DNA of 64,000 nucleotides from an uncultured bacterium. Its GTDB lineage: Bacteria; Patescibacteriota; Minisyncoccia; Phycocordibacterales; CAIZLB01. The notes under the pieces were generated by a model that was not told the DNA's origin, made no database searches, and saw only the letters and a program-made list of their open reading frames with translations. Position 1 is the stretch's first letter; every line of letters starts with the position of its first letter. The stretch lies in contig CAIZVZ010000012.1 of the NCBI GenBank assembly GCA_903936565.1, forward strand, positions 3,778 through 67,777. Direction: 5' to 3'. The translations under genes were made by a program, and so were the position numbers. This document shows positions 20,308 through 29,510 of this stretch, one piece after another.

Positions 20308-21657
20308 CTAAAAGCCTATCATGCTTTTGGATGGGGTACAATTGGGTGCTGTACAGGTTGGGTGTATGTAGGGTTCGTGGGTGTGCGGGAGCTGTGGAGT
20401 GTGGTGTTTAATAGGAAACTCCACCTCAAACGCCGTTCCTTTGCCTAATCTACTTTTTACGCTAATCGTACCGTTGAAATATTTTTCTACAATGTGCTTT
20501 GTTGATGATAATCCAATACCGCATCCATGTTCTTCTTTGGTCGTGTAGAATGGTTCAAATATATTTGGAATGATTTCTTCTCTGATTCCGCTTCCATTGT
20601 CTATTGCTTTAATATTTATTTTTTCGCTTTTAATCTTTGTTTTTATCAAAACTATTTTGTTCTTTAGTGGGGTGGGGGATTGTGCTTTGCTTAATCCGAT
20701 ATACAGGTCGGCGGGTGAGACTTGAAGTTGGTAAACATTAGAATTTATTTGTCTGTCTGCATGAGCGTCAATTCCATTTGATAACAGATTCATAATAATA
20801 TGAGAAAAAAGAACCTGCGGGCCATATAATTCCTGTAACTTATTTTTATTTGATAATATTAATTTTACATCACCCTTGATAGCTTTTGATTTTAAAAGTT
20901 CCATTGCTGAAAGTATTTCTTGTTCAATATAGAAGGTGGTACTTAAATCGTTTATCTTAATGTGCTTTCTTGATTGTTGAATGAGATTCTCAATTTTTTT
21001 AATTGAGGGGATTAGCTTCGTCATCGAATCTTTAACTTCTTCAACTTTATGTATTTGTAAATTAAGGGCAATGTTGGTTAAGGGGGTCATTATGTCGTGA
21101 AAAAGTCCAGAAGATATTCTTCCAAATTCGACTAGTCTGTACATGGAGTTTATCTTGTCTATTTGCAGTCTGTTGATTTCATCTGTTCTTTCTTTGACTT
21201 TAATCTCGAGATTATCTTTTTCGAATTGAAGCTTGGATTCGGATTCTCGATATTTTATAAGGGTTTTCTCGAGTTGATTGTTAGATAGCCAAGAAAATAG
21301 GGCTGCGAAGATAAGGAGAGAGGAGTATTCTAGGATGTCGAGAGTATTGAAGTTCGCAGTTTTCCAGTCATAATTTGGTACTATGATGTGATTAGAGTTT
21401 AGGTATTGAAAAAGAAAAAGGTGAAGAATGAGGATGGCGGCGGAGATCAATCCTGCTTTGGAATTTATGAGAATACCTGAAATTATGACTACCACAAATG
21501 ACGTTATAAGTATTGTTGGTAAATCAGCACCCCAATTGATTGAACCATAAAGTATACATCCGTATATTAGAAGTAATATCATCAGGCTGCTGGGTAGTAG
21601 TTTGCCCTGCTTAGTGCTTTTGTTAATATCTTTTTTGTAAATGAATGGTTTGTGCAT
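20308..21657 (-). CDS. sensor histidine kinase
   Basis: N-terminal TM helices; H-box FHDIMTPL; N, G1 and G2 boxes (NLLSNGIDAH, IDNGSGI, GCGIGLS). Confidence 0.85.
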   Translation of the reverse strand: MHKPFIYKKDINKSTKQGKLLPSSLMILLLIYGCILYGSINWGADLPTILITSFVVVIISGILINSKAGLISAAILILHLFLFQYLNSNHIIVPNYDWKTANFNTLDILEYSSLLIFAALFSWLSNNQLEKTLIKYRESESKLQFEKDNLEIKVKERTDEINRLQIDKINSMYRLVEFGRISSGLFHDIMTPLTNIALNLQIHKVEEVKDSMTKLIPSIKKIENLIQQSRKHIKINDLSTTFYIEQEILSAMELLKSKAIKGDVKLILSNKNKLQELYGPQVLFSHIIMNLLSNGIDAHADRQINSNVYQLQVSPADLYIGLSKAQSPTPLKNKIVLIKTKIKSEKINIKAIDNGSGIREEIIPNIFEPFYTTKEEHGCGIGLSSTKHIVEKYFNGTISVKSRLGKGTAFEVEFPIKHHTPQLPHTHEPYIHPTCTAPNCTPSKSMIGF

Positions 21658-21752
21658 TGTTTTTGAATAATGTGTGTGTCTGTCAATTAATTATAGATAA
21701 TTTAGTCATAATTACCAACGTAGTATTTTTAGTAATAAGGCTCAAATCTTTG

Positions 21753-21840
21753 GACTATATCTTCAAAATATAGTCCAAAATTTAACTCTTAGAATTAGAA
21801 TACAAAATCATAAACACGCCGGGAATACTCGACAGTATTC
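21753..21840. promoter_or_regulatory. two perfect palindromes in the RR-HK spacer (candidate operators)
   Basis: tttggactatat-cttcaaa-atatagtccaaa (21753-21783) and ggaatact-cgac-agtattcc (21821-21840); neither has a U-run on the correct side for a terminator. Confidence 0.3.
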
Positions 21841-21961
21841 CGAAAAAAAACATACCACTAAGTGCATAATGCTTCTATAAATATTTTCTAAATAATTTCA
21901 GAAATTTTTATTTAGGTCAAAATATTAAATAGCCAATATGGTATATATAGTATTTATTATA

Positions 21962-22633
21962 CTACTTAGATCGCCCCAGCTTATACCCCCGACCGTTTAT
22001 TGTATGAATAATCCTTTTATCCTTAGACTCAATCTTTTTTCTGAGATTCCTGACGTGCGTTTCAATCGTATTGGTAAAAGGACTCGCGTCTCTATCCCAC
22101 ACTTCCTCTAGTAATTTACTTCTCGTTATAACCTTACCTTCATTCCTGGCAAAGCACCTGAGCAACATGTATTCTCTTCTCGTTAAGTAAACATCCGAGC
22201 CGGCCTTGGTTACTGTTTGACTGCTTGTATTAATCGTCAAATCATCAAGTGTCATGACATCATCAGAAATGTCATATGGTCTTTTGATAAGAGCATTAAC
22301 CCTTGCGATGAGCTCTTCAATATTAAAAGGCTTGGTAATATAATCATCTGCTCCAATATTAAGCATTGCAACCTTATCAGGCACTTCGGATTGAGATGAC
22401 ACAACAAGTATTGGACATGTAATACCTTCACCTCTAATTTCTTTACAAATTGTCACTCCACTTTTGTCTGGCAGTATTAAATCTAACAATATTAATTTGT
22501 ATTTATTAATTCTGGCAATATATGACCCACTTTTGCCATCATGTGCGGTGTCAACGCTGAAGCAATGGGCCTCGAGTGCCTTCTTGATTGTCTGGGCTAA
22601 AAAAATATCATCTTCGATAATAAGTATTTTCAT
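21962..22633 (-). CDS. OmpR-family response regulator (receiver plus winged helix)
   Basis: MKILIIEDD...LLDLILPD...ADDYITKPF receiver motifs; C-terminal LTRREYMLL...NTIETHVRNLRKKI winged helix. Confidence 0.9.
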   Translation of the reverse strand: MKILIIEDDIFLAQTIKKALEAHCFSVDTAHDGKSGSYIARINKYKLILLDLILPDKSGVTICKEIRGEGITCPILVVSSQSEVPDKVAMLNIGADDYITKPFNIEELIARVNALIKRPYDISDDVMTLDDLTINTSSQTVTKAGSDVYLTRREYMLLRCFARNEGKVITRSKLLEEVWDRDASPFTNTIETHVRNLRKKIESKDKRIIHTINGRGYKLGRSK

Positions 22634-22965
22634 TTTTATAAATTAATTTGATAACACTAATATTAAACCATTTTGACCCTAAGCAAAACTTAAAGAAAAA
22701 GTGGGTGATGGGGATAAGTTTGTGGATATCATTTGAGTCCCTTGGCGAGACTTTACTTATCCTTGGTTTGAGGTATAGTTCTGGTGTTATAGTTCCTTTT
22801 AAAAGCGTGATTTTGGGACAACTTGTTTTGCTTTATGACATTGAATTGCGGCCCATCACTTGACTGTATCTTTAAGGGTATTTTTGTACCTTAAAAGATG
22901 CAGTCCAAGCGGGACTGCTGTCTAGAGTAGAGAGTAATAACCATCAACATCACGTAATTGTAATT

Positions 22966-23376
22966 ATGAAGAACAAACTATTGGAAATGGCTATCTTAGC
23001 CAGACATCTCAAGGCAATGTTGGGTGGACATACGATGTCCAATGAGGCTCATGCCACCCAGATGGCGGCTGTAGTCGGCCGACTGTTTGAACAACATGTT
23101 CCTGCGGCCATCAAGATGCACTTCGCCGATCCTGAATCTGCAAACAACGGGTCCTACGATTCGTTTGACAGGACGACGGCTGGTGTTCGTACGCGTGCTT
23201 ATGAGTATCATCATGGTTCCCAGTTATACTTCAACCTGCGTGTGGAAACCGTAGAGGGGGCGATCATGGTCCTCTGTGACGATTCCTTCACGGCAGAAGA
23301 AATTGCTGAGGCTTCACGTTTGCCTCTTGACGCATTGCTTGAGCAGAGTGTCGCTACCACTGCTGGACCAGCCTGA
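22966..23376 (+). CDS. hypothetical protein (GC-enriched cassette gene)
   Basis: 136-aa ORF at about 50% GC, against about 35% in its flanks; no recognisable motifs. Confidence 0.35.
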   Translation: MKNKLLEMAILARHLKAMLGGHTMSNEAHATQMAAVVGRLFEQHVPAAIKMHFADPESANNGSYDSFDRTTAGVRTRAYEYHHGSQLYFNLRVETVEGAIMVLCDDSFTAEEIAEASRLPLDALLEQSVATTAGPA

Positions 23377-23380
23377 AATC

Positions 23381-23430
23381 AACCCGCCCTATGGAGCCCG
23401 CCGCGAGGCACCTCCAAACGGCGGGTTTTC
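23381..23430 (+). terminator. GC-rich hairpin terminator after the GC-enriched ORF
   Basis: aacccgcc...ggcgggtt stem enclosing an inner GC stem, followed by tttcctattaaatatttttt. Confidence 0.4.
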
Positions 23431-23444
23431 CTATTAAATATTTT

Positions 23445-24302
23445 TTATACAATTCCTAGCTTTTCTTTAATTAATTTTAAGGAAGTTGCATACGCAATAC
23501 AAAGTGGAATATTTTTGTCCCAATTCATATTGCCATTGATTATTCCAATCACAGTGTTACTTCCTTCGACAAATAACGGCGCACCGCTATTTCCTCCGAG
23601 GTTGATAGAATTTAATTGAATGTGTTCGTGGACTCCTCCAGCGACAGCTGTTAGAGGCATAGCTGAAACCACAGCTCGATTAACTGAAAAAGGATATTGA
23701 GTTGGATTATCATAGCCACCAGTCATCTGAAATCCGCAGAAGAAAGTAGATTCATCATATTCGGGAGTGTATTTATCGTCGAGTAAAAAGAATGGTGTTC
23801 CGTTTTTCGTAATCTCGCTTTTCTCAAAATCAGCTTTTATAATTTGAAGTATGGCAACATCAAGGTGCTCATCAATTTTTTTGATTTCTGCTATAACTCT
23901 ATTTCCATTTGAAAGTTCAATCTGAAGAGTCATGATGGATTGAGTGATGTAGTTTTGGAATTTTATGTGTTTAGATTCATTATCTATATCCCTGTAGTTT
24001 GAAGTGTTGGAATCAGCTGAAACACTAATACTAGATTCTGATGCGTCCACGAGACTACCGGTGACTCTAAAATCTATTGATTCAAGATTCCGTAGTTCCG
24101 TCCCGGCGATTACATGTGCACAGGTTAGAATTTCTCCATCTTTGCTTATAAAAAAACCGGTGCCTGTGGAGGTGTTTCCATTTCTCATTTGAACTATTAC
24201 TCGAACTAGTCGCTCGCGCTTGTAGGGGACATTGTTTTTTATTTTTCTATCTCCTCCGTTTTGCATATTAATATTTGTATCAGTATTTTGATTTTGTTCC
24301 AT
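23445..24302 (-). CDS. trypsin-like (S1 family) serine protease with no obvious signal peptide
   Basis: TCAHV (His), GNSGAPLF (Ser) and the spacing of a chymotrypsin fold. Confidence 0.65.
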   Translation of the reverse strand: MEQNQNTDTNINMQNGGDRKIKNNVPYKRERLVRVIVQMRNGNTSTGTGFFISKDGEILTCAHVIAGTELRNLESIDFRVTGSLVDASESSISVSADSNTSNYRDIDNESKHIKFQNYITQSIMTLQIELSNGNRVIAEIKKIDEHLDVAILQIIKADFEKSEITKNGTPFFLLDDKYTPEYDESTFFCGFQMTGGYDNPTQYPFSVNRAVVSAMPLTAVAGGVHEHIQLNSINLGGNSGAPLFVEGSNTVIGIINGNMNWDKNIPLCIAYATSLKLIKEKLGIV

Positions 24303-24435
24303 GATTTAGATATTGTAGCATTAAATCGGGGGAGGTTCATGGATTGGGAATAGTGTTAAGAAGGAACGTTTGGCAAAGACGGGTACAGTGATGGCGACAT
24401 CACACACTTGAAGATGTTCTGGCCGGGCTTACTCA

Positions 24436-24450
24436 TGGTATAATCTAACT
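24436..24450 (+). promoter_or_regulatory. extended -10 promoter (TGgTATAAT) with a 6-nt leader, identical 15-mer to the one at 14334-14350
   Basis: tggtataatctaactATG. Confidence 0.45.
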
Positions 24451-25776
24451 ATGGAACCAGAAAGGGCACAAAACATAACTTCACCAATCGAAACTCATAA
24501 CGTTCATGAAAGAAATATCTTACTTGATGGGAAGATAAATTTAATTTCGTTGCATTATGCTGACAGAAAATATCAAGAGATTAAAAGGGAAGAACCTAAT
24601 TATAAATTTCATGAAGCTCTAAAAGATTATACTGAGATACCGTGGAATATAGTGAAAGGTTTGCGTAGATTAGAGGGGTTTGATTTAAATGATCATAAAA
24701 AATCGCTGGATTTATTTCTCGCCTCTTTTTTTGAAAAAATTGATTTATTATATGAAGAAGTAGGTTTTGATTTAGATAGAATTCTAGAATTAGTTGAGGT
24801 TGCCAAGGGTTCTGTTGCGCAATACTTAGGCGTTGAAAATTATAAAAAAATAGAAATAAAAGATGGTCCTGAAGAAAAAGGTGAAAACGGTTTGGTGTAT
24901 TTTGAGAATATTGATTCAATCGGAGGGTCTGACGATGGAAGATGGTCTGGTCTTAAAAAGGTAGGTTTTTCTAAGTACTCCAAATTAACTGAGATTCATG
25001 TTCGTGATTTTTACAAAACAGGCCGAGACAGAGCCGGTTTAGAATTGATAAAGAAAGATCTTGAAAGGGTGGCGGTAAGTATTATCGATAAAGCACCTGA
25101 TACTGCTGCTGTTGTCGGTGCTTCATGGTTGATGAGCACTCCCATAGCTAAAGCGTTGGGTTTTATTAAAATTCCTGGGGAGGATGACAGCGATGAAGAA
25201 AGATTGCGGAGGGGTGAGAAAAGGAAAAGAGAAAATGATCCATCTACTTGGTCGCAGTTTGTTGGTAAGGATGGACAGATAAATCAAAAGAGATTTGATG
25301 AATTTCAGGCGACAGGAAAGATTCCATTTAAAAGTGTTAAGGCCTATATTCCTGTAGAAGATTTTTTAAGGCGGTATTTGCCAACCGAGCGTCGTGGAGA
25401 GGTGGTTTTGAAAGTGTTGAGAGAGGATCACGAAGATATTGAAGCAGAAAATAATGCTATAGCTAACACACTTAAGCAGGATTGGGATGAATTATTGGGA
25501 GATCCTGTGTGGGGTGCTAAAAGTTTTGGAGCAGAAGGGAGTGATGATGATTTTCTGCAATCTTTCATAGCCAATCCAAATACTCAGAAATTCCTTAGTT
25601 TACTTGAGGCTGACGATAGGGAGGTTGTAATCAGTTTTTTTGGGGAGATGTATTCTAAAAAGATTCCTGTGAAAGAATTTAATCAATACAGAGTTGGTAA
25701 GTTTGAAATGATGAAGGGGTTAGGAATGAAAATGTCGAATCGAAAATATATTGAGAAGAAAGTTATGATAGATTAA
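24451..25776 (+). CDS. hypothetical protein (441 aa)
   Basis: long ORF with typical AT-rich codon usage; acidic and low-complexity stretches; no motif recognised. Confidence 0.5.
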   Translation: MEPERAQNITSPIETHNVHERNILLDGKINLISLHYADRKYQEIKREEPNYKFHEALKDYTEIPWNIVKGLRRLEGFDLNDHKKSLDLFLASFFEKIDLLYEEVGFDLDRILELVEVAKGSVAQYLGVENYKKIEIKDGPEEKGENGLVYFENIDSIGGSDDGRWSGLKKVGFSKYSKLTEIHVRDFYKTGRDRAGLELIKKDLERVAVSIIDKAPDTAAVVGASWLMSTPIAKALGFIKIPGEDDSDEERLRRGEKRKRENDPSTWSQFVGKDGQINQKRFDEFQATGKIPFKSVKAYIPVEDFLRRYLPTERRGEVVLKVLREDHEDIEAENNAIANTLKQDWDELLGDPVWGAKSFGAEGSDDDFLQSFIANPNTQKFLSLLEADDREVVISFFGEMYSKKIPVKEFNQYRVGKFEMMKGLGMKMSNRKYIEKKVMID

Positions 25777-25868
25777 GTATCTCGATCTAATAATACAAAA
25801 CCTCCGTATACGGTATACGGAGGGGTGGACTACAAAATTTAAATTTTTTTGTCTTGTCACTTTTGCTG

Positions 25869-26489
25869 TCAGGTCTCTACTGGCTCAACAATACTGAAAA
25901 GGTGAAGGCTTGCTCGCGCAGCTTTTAGGGTTTCTTCTGCTGCTTTCAAGTCATCAGTTGCGTAGATTACATCCGCACTGACTTTACCTTGGCGATTCAC
26001 CAGTAATTTAATGAGTGCTTCATAAGCGTCAATTTGCCGACGCATTTCCTCCAGGTTACTCAAGACTGAGGTAGTAGTCGTTTTCCGCCTCCTTCTTGTC
26101 GTTCGCCAAGTGCACTCGATTGGGTCAATCTTCTCCCAAGCCTCATTAAAGTCTTGGAAAATCTTCCAATGCTTAACGCACTCTTTGTTTGCCTTGCGAA
26201 AGAATGTGACGCCAAGTAGGGTGCCAAGTGAAAAGAAGGACTCAACGGTGACATAACACCGAATCGGCATCGATTGCTTATAGGTGAAGACCGTTACGGC
26301 GGTAGTTATCATTAGTCCCAACAAGGCAAGACTGGCTAGCCATTTAAAGATTTTGGCGGACCTTTCTGCGGATGCTAGGAGCTTTGCTTCTTTCTCAAGG
26401 TTTACGCCAACGTTTCTTTCGTAGGCCGCCACTAGTCCAATGAACATCCGGTTAAGGATTTGTTCGTATCTGTTTCTTTTTGGTTTCAA
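25869..26489 (-). CDS. hypothetical membrane protein
   Basis: two predicted TM helices; Arg/Thr-rich linker. Confidence 0.4.
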   Translation of the reverse strand: MKPKRNRYEQILNRMFIGLVAAYERNVGVNLEKEAKLLASAERSAKIFKWLASLALLGLMITTAVTVFTYKQSMPIRCYVTVESFFSLGTLLGVTFFRKANKECVKHWKIFQDFNEAWEKIDPIECTWRTTRRRRKTTTTSVLSNLEEMRRQIDAYEALIKLLVNRQGKVSADVIYATDDLKAAEETLKAARASLHLFSIVEPVET

Positions 26490-26698
26490 TGTATGCGTGT
26501 GTTCTAATGCCAGAAATTATGATTATGGGATTAATATATCCTCTATGTCGACCAATTGCGATCAACTTAGAACAACCGTAAGGAGGTTGTCATATTCTCT
26601 GAATAGTATTGGCAAAGCTATTCTGTGAGAGATTGTGACATGAAATACACCGCTTGGTCAAGCGGTGTATTTATGCTTTTTGCTTGTGGCAGTAAAAA

Positions 26699-27430
26699 TT
26701 ATTTAATCAGTTGATCAAGTATTTGCTTCATTTGAGGATATGTTAGTGCACCTAGTCCACTTCCGTCTTTGTCAACCAGTGGTACATTCTTTCCATCCAT
26801 TACAAGCACAGCATAAGGGGTTCCTTCAACGCCAGCTTTTTTTGCTGCCAATATTTGTTCGTTAATCTTGGTTGCATATTTTCCACTATCCAAACATGCT
26901 TTAAATGCTTTTGCGTTTAATCCAACAGTGTCCGCAAAATCATAAAGATTTGCTAGATCAAGCCCGTTGTTTGTAGGTGTGTTACTAAACACTTCTGCTA
27001 GATATTTCCAAAATACAACATTACCACCAAGTTCTGCCGCACACTCCGTTGCCTCAGCTTCTTTTGGTGCCTTGCTGTGAAGCTCAACTATTGGAGAATG
27101 TCTAAAGACCCAGGCTAATTTTCCACTTGCCTTATTCTCATCGTACAATTTTGAAAGTGTCTCGTGATAAACTTTACAGAAAGGACACTCTAAATCTGAA
27201 TATTCAATAATTGTAACCTTTGCTGTTTTAGGATCTCCCAAAACGTGATCTGCTGAGGTTATAGGTTCAATTACGGCTGCCGCCTTTATTGGAGATGTCC
27301 CATCAACTTTTTTGGAAGTTCCACTCATATAAATTCCACCCGATATTAATGCACCAGCGATTATGATGGCGATTGGTATAATCATTGTTTGCAATGACAT
27401 ATTACTTTGTTTTTGTTCGGTATTTTCCAT
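26699..27430 (-). CDS. DsbA-like thiol:disulfide oxidoreductase (second paralog)
   Basis: CPFC active site (YSDLECPFCKVY) and an N-terminal TM anchor. Confidence 0.7.
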   Translation of the reverse strand: MENTEQKQSNMSLQTMIIPIAIIIAGALISGGIYMSGTSKKVDGTSPIKAAAVIEPITSADHVLGDPKTAKVTIIEYSDLECPFCKVYHETLSKLYDENKASGKLAWVFRHSPIVELHSKAPKEAEATECAAELGGNVVFWKYLAEVFSNTPTNNGLDLANLYDFADTVGLNAKAFKACLDSGKYATKINEQILAAKKAGVEGTPYAVLVMDGKNVPLVDKDGSGLGALTYPQMKQILDQLIK

Positions 27431-27455
27431 ATTGTTTATTATATCAAAATTAATA

Positions 27456-28028
27456 TTAAAAGGGTAATGTAAAATTCATCTTGTTTTCCCCCGTATCCTC
27501 CCAATCTTTGGTGTCCATTGGAAATTCAATTATCGCTTCACCTTCCTTATATTTAAGCTTCTTGTTGGCGATAGCATAATCATGAACTTCTTTGGTTATT
27601 TTTACGTCATCTAAACAGTATTTGATTATTTTATCAATCTCGCCTTTTTTCCACCATTCAACCGCTTCAAGTCCATGGGCACTTTTACCAGCGTTTAATG
27701 TTCCCTGTGCGATCACTCCAAGTCCTACGCGGAAGCCTAGAGATTTCTTAACCTCCTTCAGTAGGTCCAGACTTTTCTTTTGCAACAGGTTGCCGTGATA
27801 ATATTTGTTGAGCAGGGGGATGTCAAAGTGATCGCCGTTGAAGGTTACCAGAACATCGGATTGCTCAATTAGTGGCCATAATTTATGTAATTCTTCCTGT
27901 GTGTAGCTAGAATAGGTCTCGGTTTCTGAATCATATGCACAAACAACTGAGATATCTAGTGCTGCCGGGTCGGCCTTGCCAACCTCCTGAAATGTGTTTC
28001 TGGTTTCAATGTCAAAAAAAAGTTTTCT
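27456..28028 (-). CDS. DEDD-family 3'-5' exonuclease (RNase H-like fold)
   Basis: FFDIET (Exo I), FNGDHFDIPLL (Exo II), YCLDD (Exo III); start set at MRKLFFDIET to avoid overlap with truB. Confidence 0.6.
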   Translation of the reverse strand, partial: RKLFFDIETRNTFQEVGKADPAALDISVVCAYDSETETYSSYTQEELHKLWPLIEQSDVLVTFNGDHFDIPLLNKYYHGNLLQKKSLDLLKEVKKSLGFRVGLGVIAQGTLNAGKSAHGLEAVEWWKKGEIDKIIKYCLDDVKITKEVHDYAIANKKLKYKEGEAIIEFPMDTKDWEDTGENKMNFTLPF

Positions 28029-28065
28029 CATATTTTTTAATTTAGTGGTATTATTGTATCCTAAT

Positions 28066-28920
28066 ATGAGCAATTTAGACAATCAAATGAAGCATACACA
28101 AAGTGATGTTTTTGTGGCATATAAAAATGAGGGGGAGACACCGCTCGAGTGTCTTAATCGTCTGAAGGATGAGGGTTTTTTGCCATTTAATGATAAATTC
28201 ACTTATGCTGGACGCCTTGACCCCATGGCTGAAGGGTTGATGATATATTTGAGGGGTGAGGCCATAAAGTCTAAACATGAGTTTTTGGGGCTGAGTAAGG
28301 AGTATGAAGTGGAGATCTTACTAGGGGTGAGTACAGATACAGGGGACATTTTGGGTATGGTCAGTGGGACAGTCCTGGGGGACGTGGTGTTTGATTTGAA
28401 GAATGTTCAGAATATTTGTGAATCTTTTGTGGGGGATATGGAAGTGCCGTACCCATGGTTTTCTTCGAAGACTTTGCAGGGTAAGCCGCTATATGAATGG
28501 GCAAGGGAGTTTGCAGAGGAGGATGATGAAGTAAGTGTCAAGGGCGAAGAAGGCCAAGAAATATTTTTAAGACCAATGACTAAATTATCAATTCAGAAAA
28601 TTGAATTTCTTGATTTGAGTTTGATGCCTGTAGAAGTTTTGCATAATAATATTGTAAATAGAATTGCAAAAGTTAAGGGAGATTTTAGACAAGATAAAAT
28701 TTTAAATGAGTGGAATGAAAAAGTTTTTGCAGATAAAATTAAGAAAACAAAAAGCCTGCATAAAAATGAAGAAATAGAATATCCTATTATAAAAATAAAA
28801 GTTAAATGTGCAAGCGGTTCATATATGAGAACTCTTGCAGAATTAATTGGTGATAAATTAAAGGTGCCAGCGCTAGCTTATTCGATTAAGAGATTGGGTG
28901 TGGGGGATTATAGTTTGTAA
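28066..28920 (+). CDS. truB: tRNA pseudouridine synthase, TruB family
   Basis: HAGRLDPMAEGLM catalytic-Asp motif and the N-terminal KP.G.TS-like pattern; start moved from 27994 to 28066. Confidence 0.6.
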   Translation: MSNLDNQMKHTQSDVFVAYKNEGETPLECLNRLKDEGFLPFNDKFTYAGRLDPMAEGLMIYLRGEAIKSKHEFLGLSKEYEVEILLGVSTDTGDILGMVSGTVLGDVVFDLKNVQNICESFVGDMEVPYPWFSSKTLQGKPLYEWAREFAEEDDEVSVKGEEGQEIFLRPMTKLSIQKIEFLDLSLMPVEVLHNNIVNRIAKVKGDFRQDKILNEWNEKVFADKIKKTKSLHKNEEIEYPIIKIKVKCASGSYMRTLAELIGDKLKVPALAYSIKRLGVGDYSL

Positions 28921-29039
28921 TGATACGCTAGTTTGACCTTGGGGCTCGGGCGTGTTGTATAAAGTTGTTGTGGATAAACTAATATTCATAATATTGCTAT
29001 TTTTTGTGGTTTTGCTAGCATTATATCTGGGAGAGTTCT

Positions 29040-29400
29040 TGACCAACAAATGATTTGGATAGACTCTTTCTTTTGCTAACCCTAAACCACTGAAAAGAGA
29101 ATGAAACACAGACTCGGCACTATGTGCCCTCGAACAGCGACGGATGATTCCGCCACCAAAACCGGTACCGCCTCCAGCAAGACGCGTGGCATCGCCGGCC
29201 TCAACATCGACATCATCGTTCCCTGAACGCGGCCGCATTCACCATGAAAGCTCATCTTGATCAGTTATAGGGGAGTAAGAAAGACGTGCTCCCCAGTCGC
29301 TACTCGCATAAAGACCTGTCTTTATTTTCAACAAGGAAGGCACAGCTCGCTGTTCCATCCTACCGGCCCCCCTGCTCACTTGCTAGTTAAGTCCATGTGG
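29040..29400. other. GC-enriched ~360-nt segment without a convincing ORF (candidate structured ncRNA or decayed GC cassette)
   Basis: sharp local GC rise; only short low-quality ORFs on both strands; ends in an intrinsic terminator. Confidence 0.2.
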
Positions 29401-29435
29401 CTTATAGAGAGGGGGGTTTCCTCTTGCCTATTTTT
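29401..29435 (+). terminator. intrinsic terminator (gagagg-gggtttc-cctctt, then TTTTTTT)
   Basis: 6-bp stem followed by ctatttttttaat. Confidence 0.5.
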
Positions 29436-29510
29436 TTAATACACAAAATATTCCGAAATTCTTTAAGTAATTTTTATAGAGGCATTATGTCCATTTGATA
29501 GTATGTCCCC

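Noticed and set aside
27994-28082. Long 5' extension of truB overlapping the exonuclease gene, and the 28029-28082 extension of the exonuclease
   Set aside because: Both extensions are hydrophobic or unconserved. Good internal ATGs are present (MSNLDNQ at 28066; MRKLFFDIET at 28028), and using them removes the antisense overlap.
28873-29439. ORFs of 121 aa (minus strand) and 60 aa (plus strand) in the GC-rich segment
   Set aside because: They are short, overlap a compositionally atypical region and have no motifs. Kept only as part of the candidate ncRNA or decayed cassette finding.
29040-29445. Tried to assign the GC-rich segment to tmRNA, RNase P RNA or SRP RNA
   Set aside because: No GGAAAGTCCGGGC-type P4 motif. 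No tRNA-like T-arm or CCA end for tmRNA. There is only a weak resemblance (caaggaaggcacagc) to the SRP domain IV GGAAGGAAGCAGC motif, with no supporting helix. Not called.
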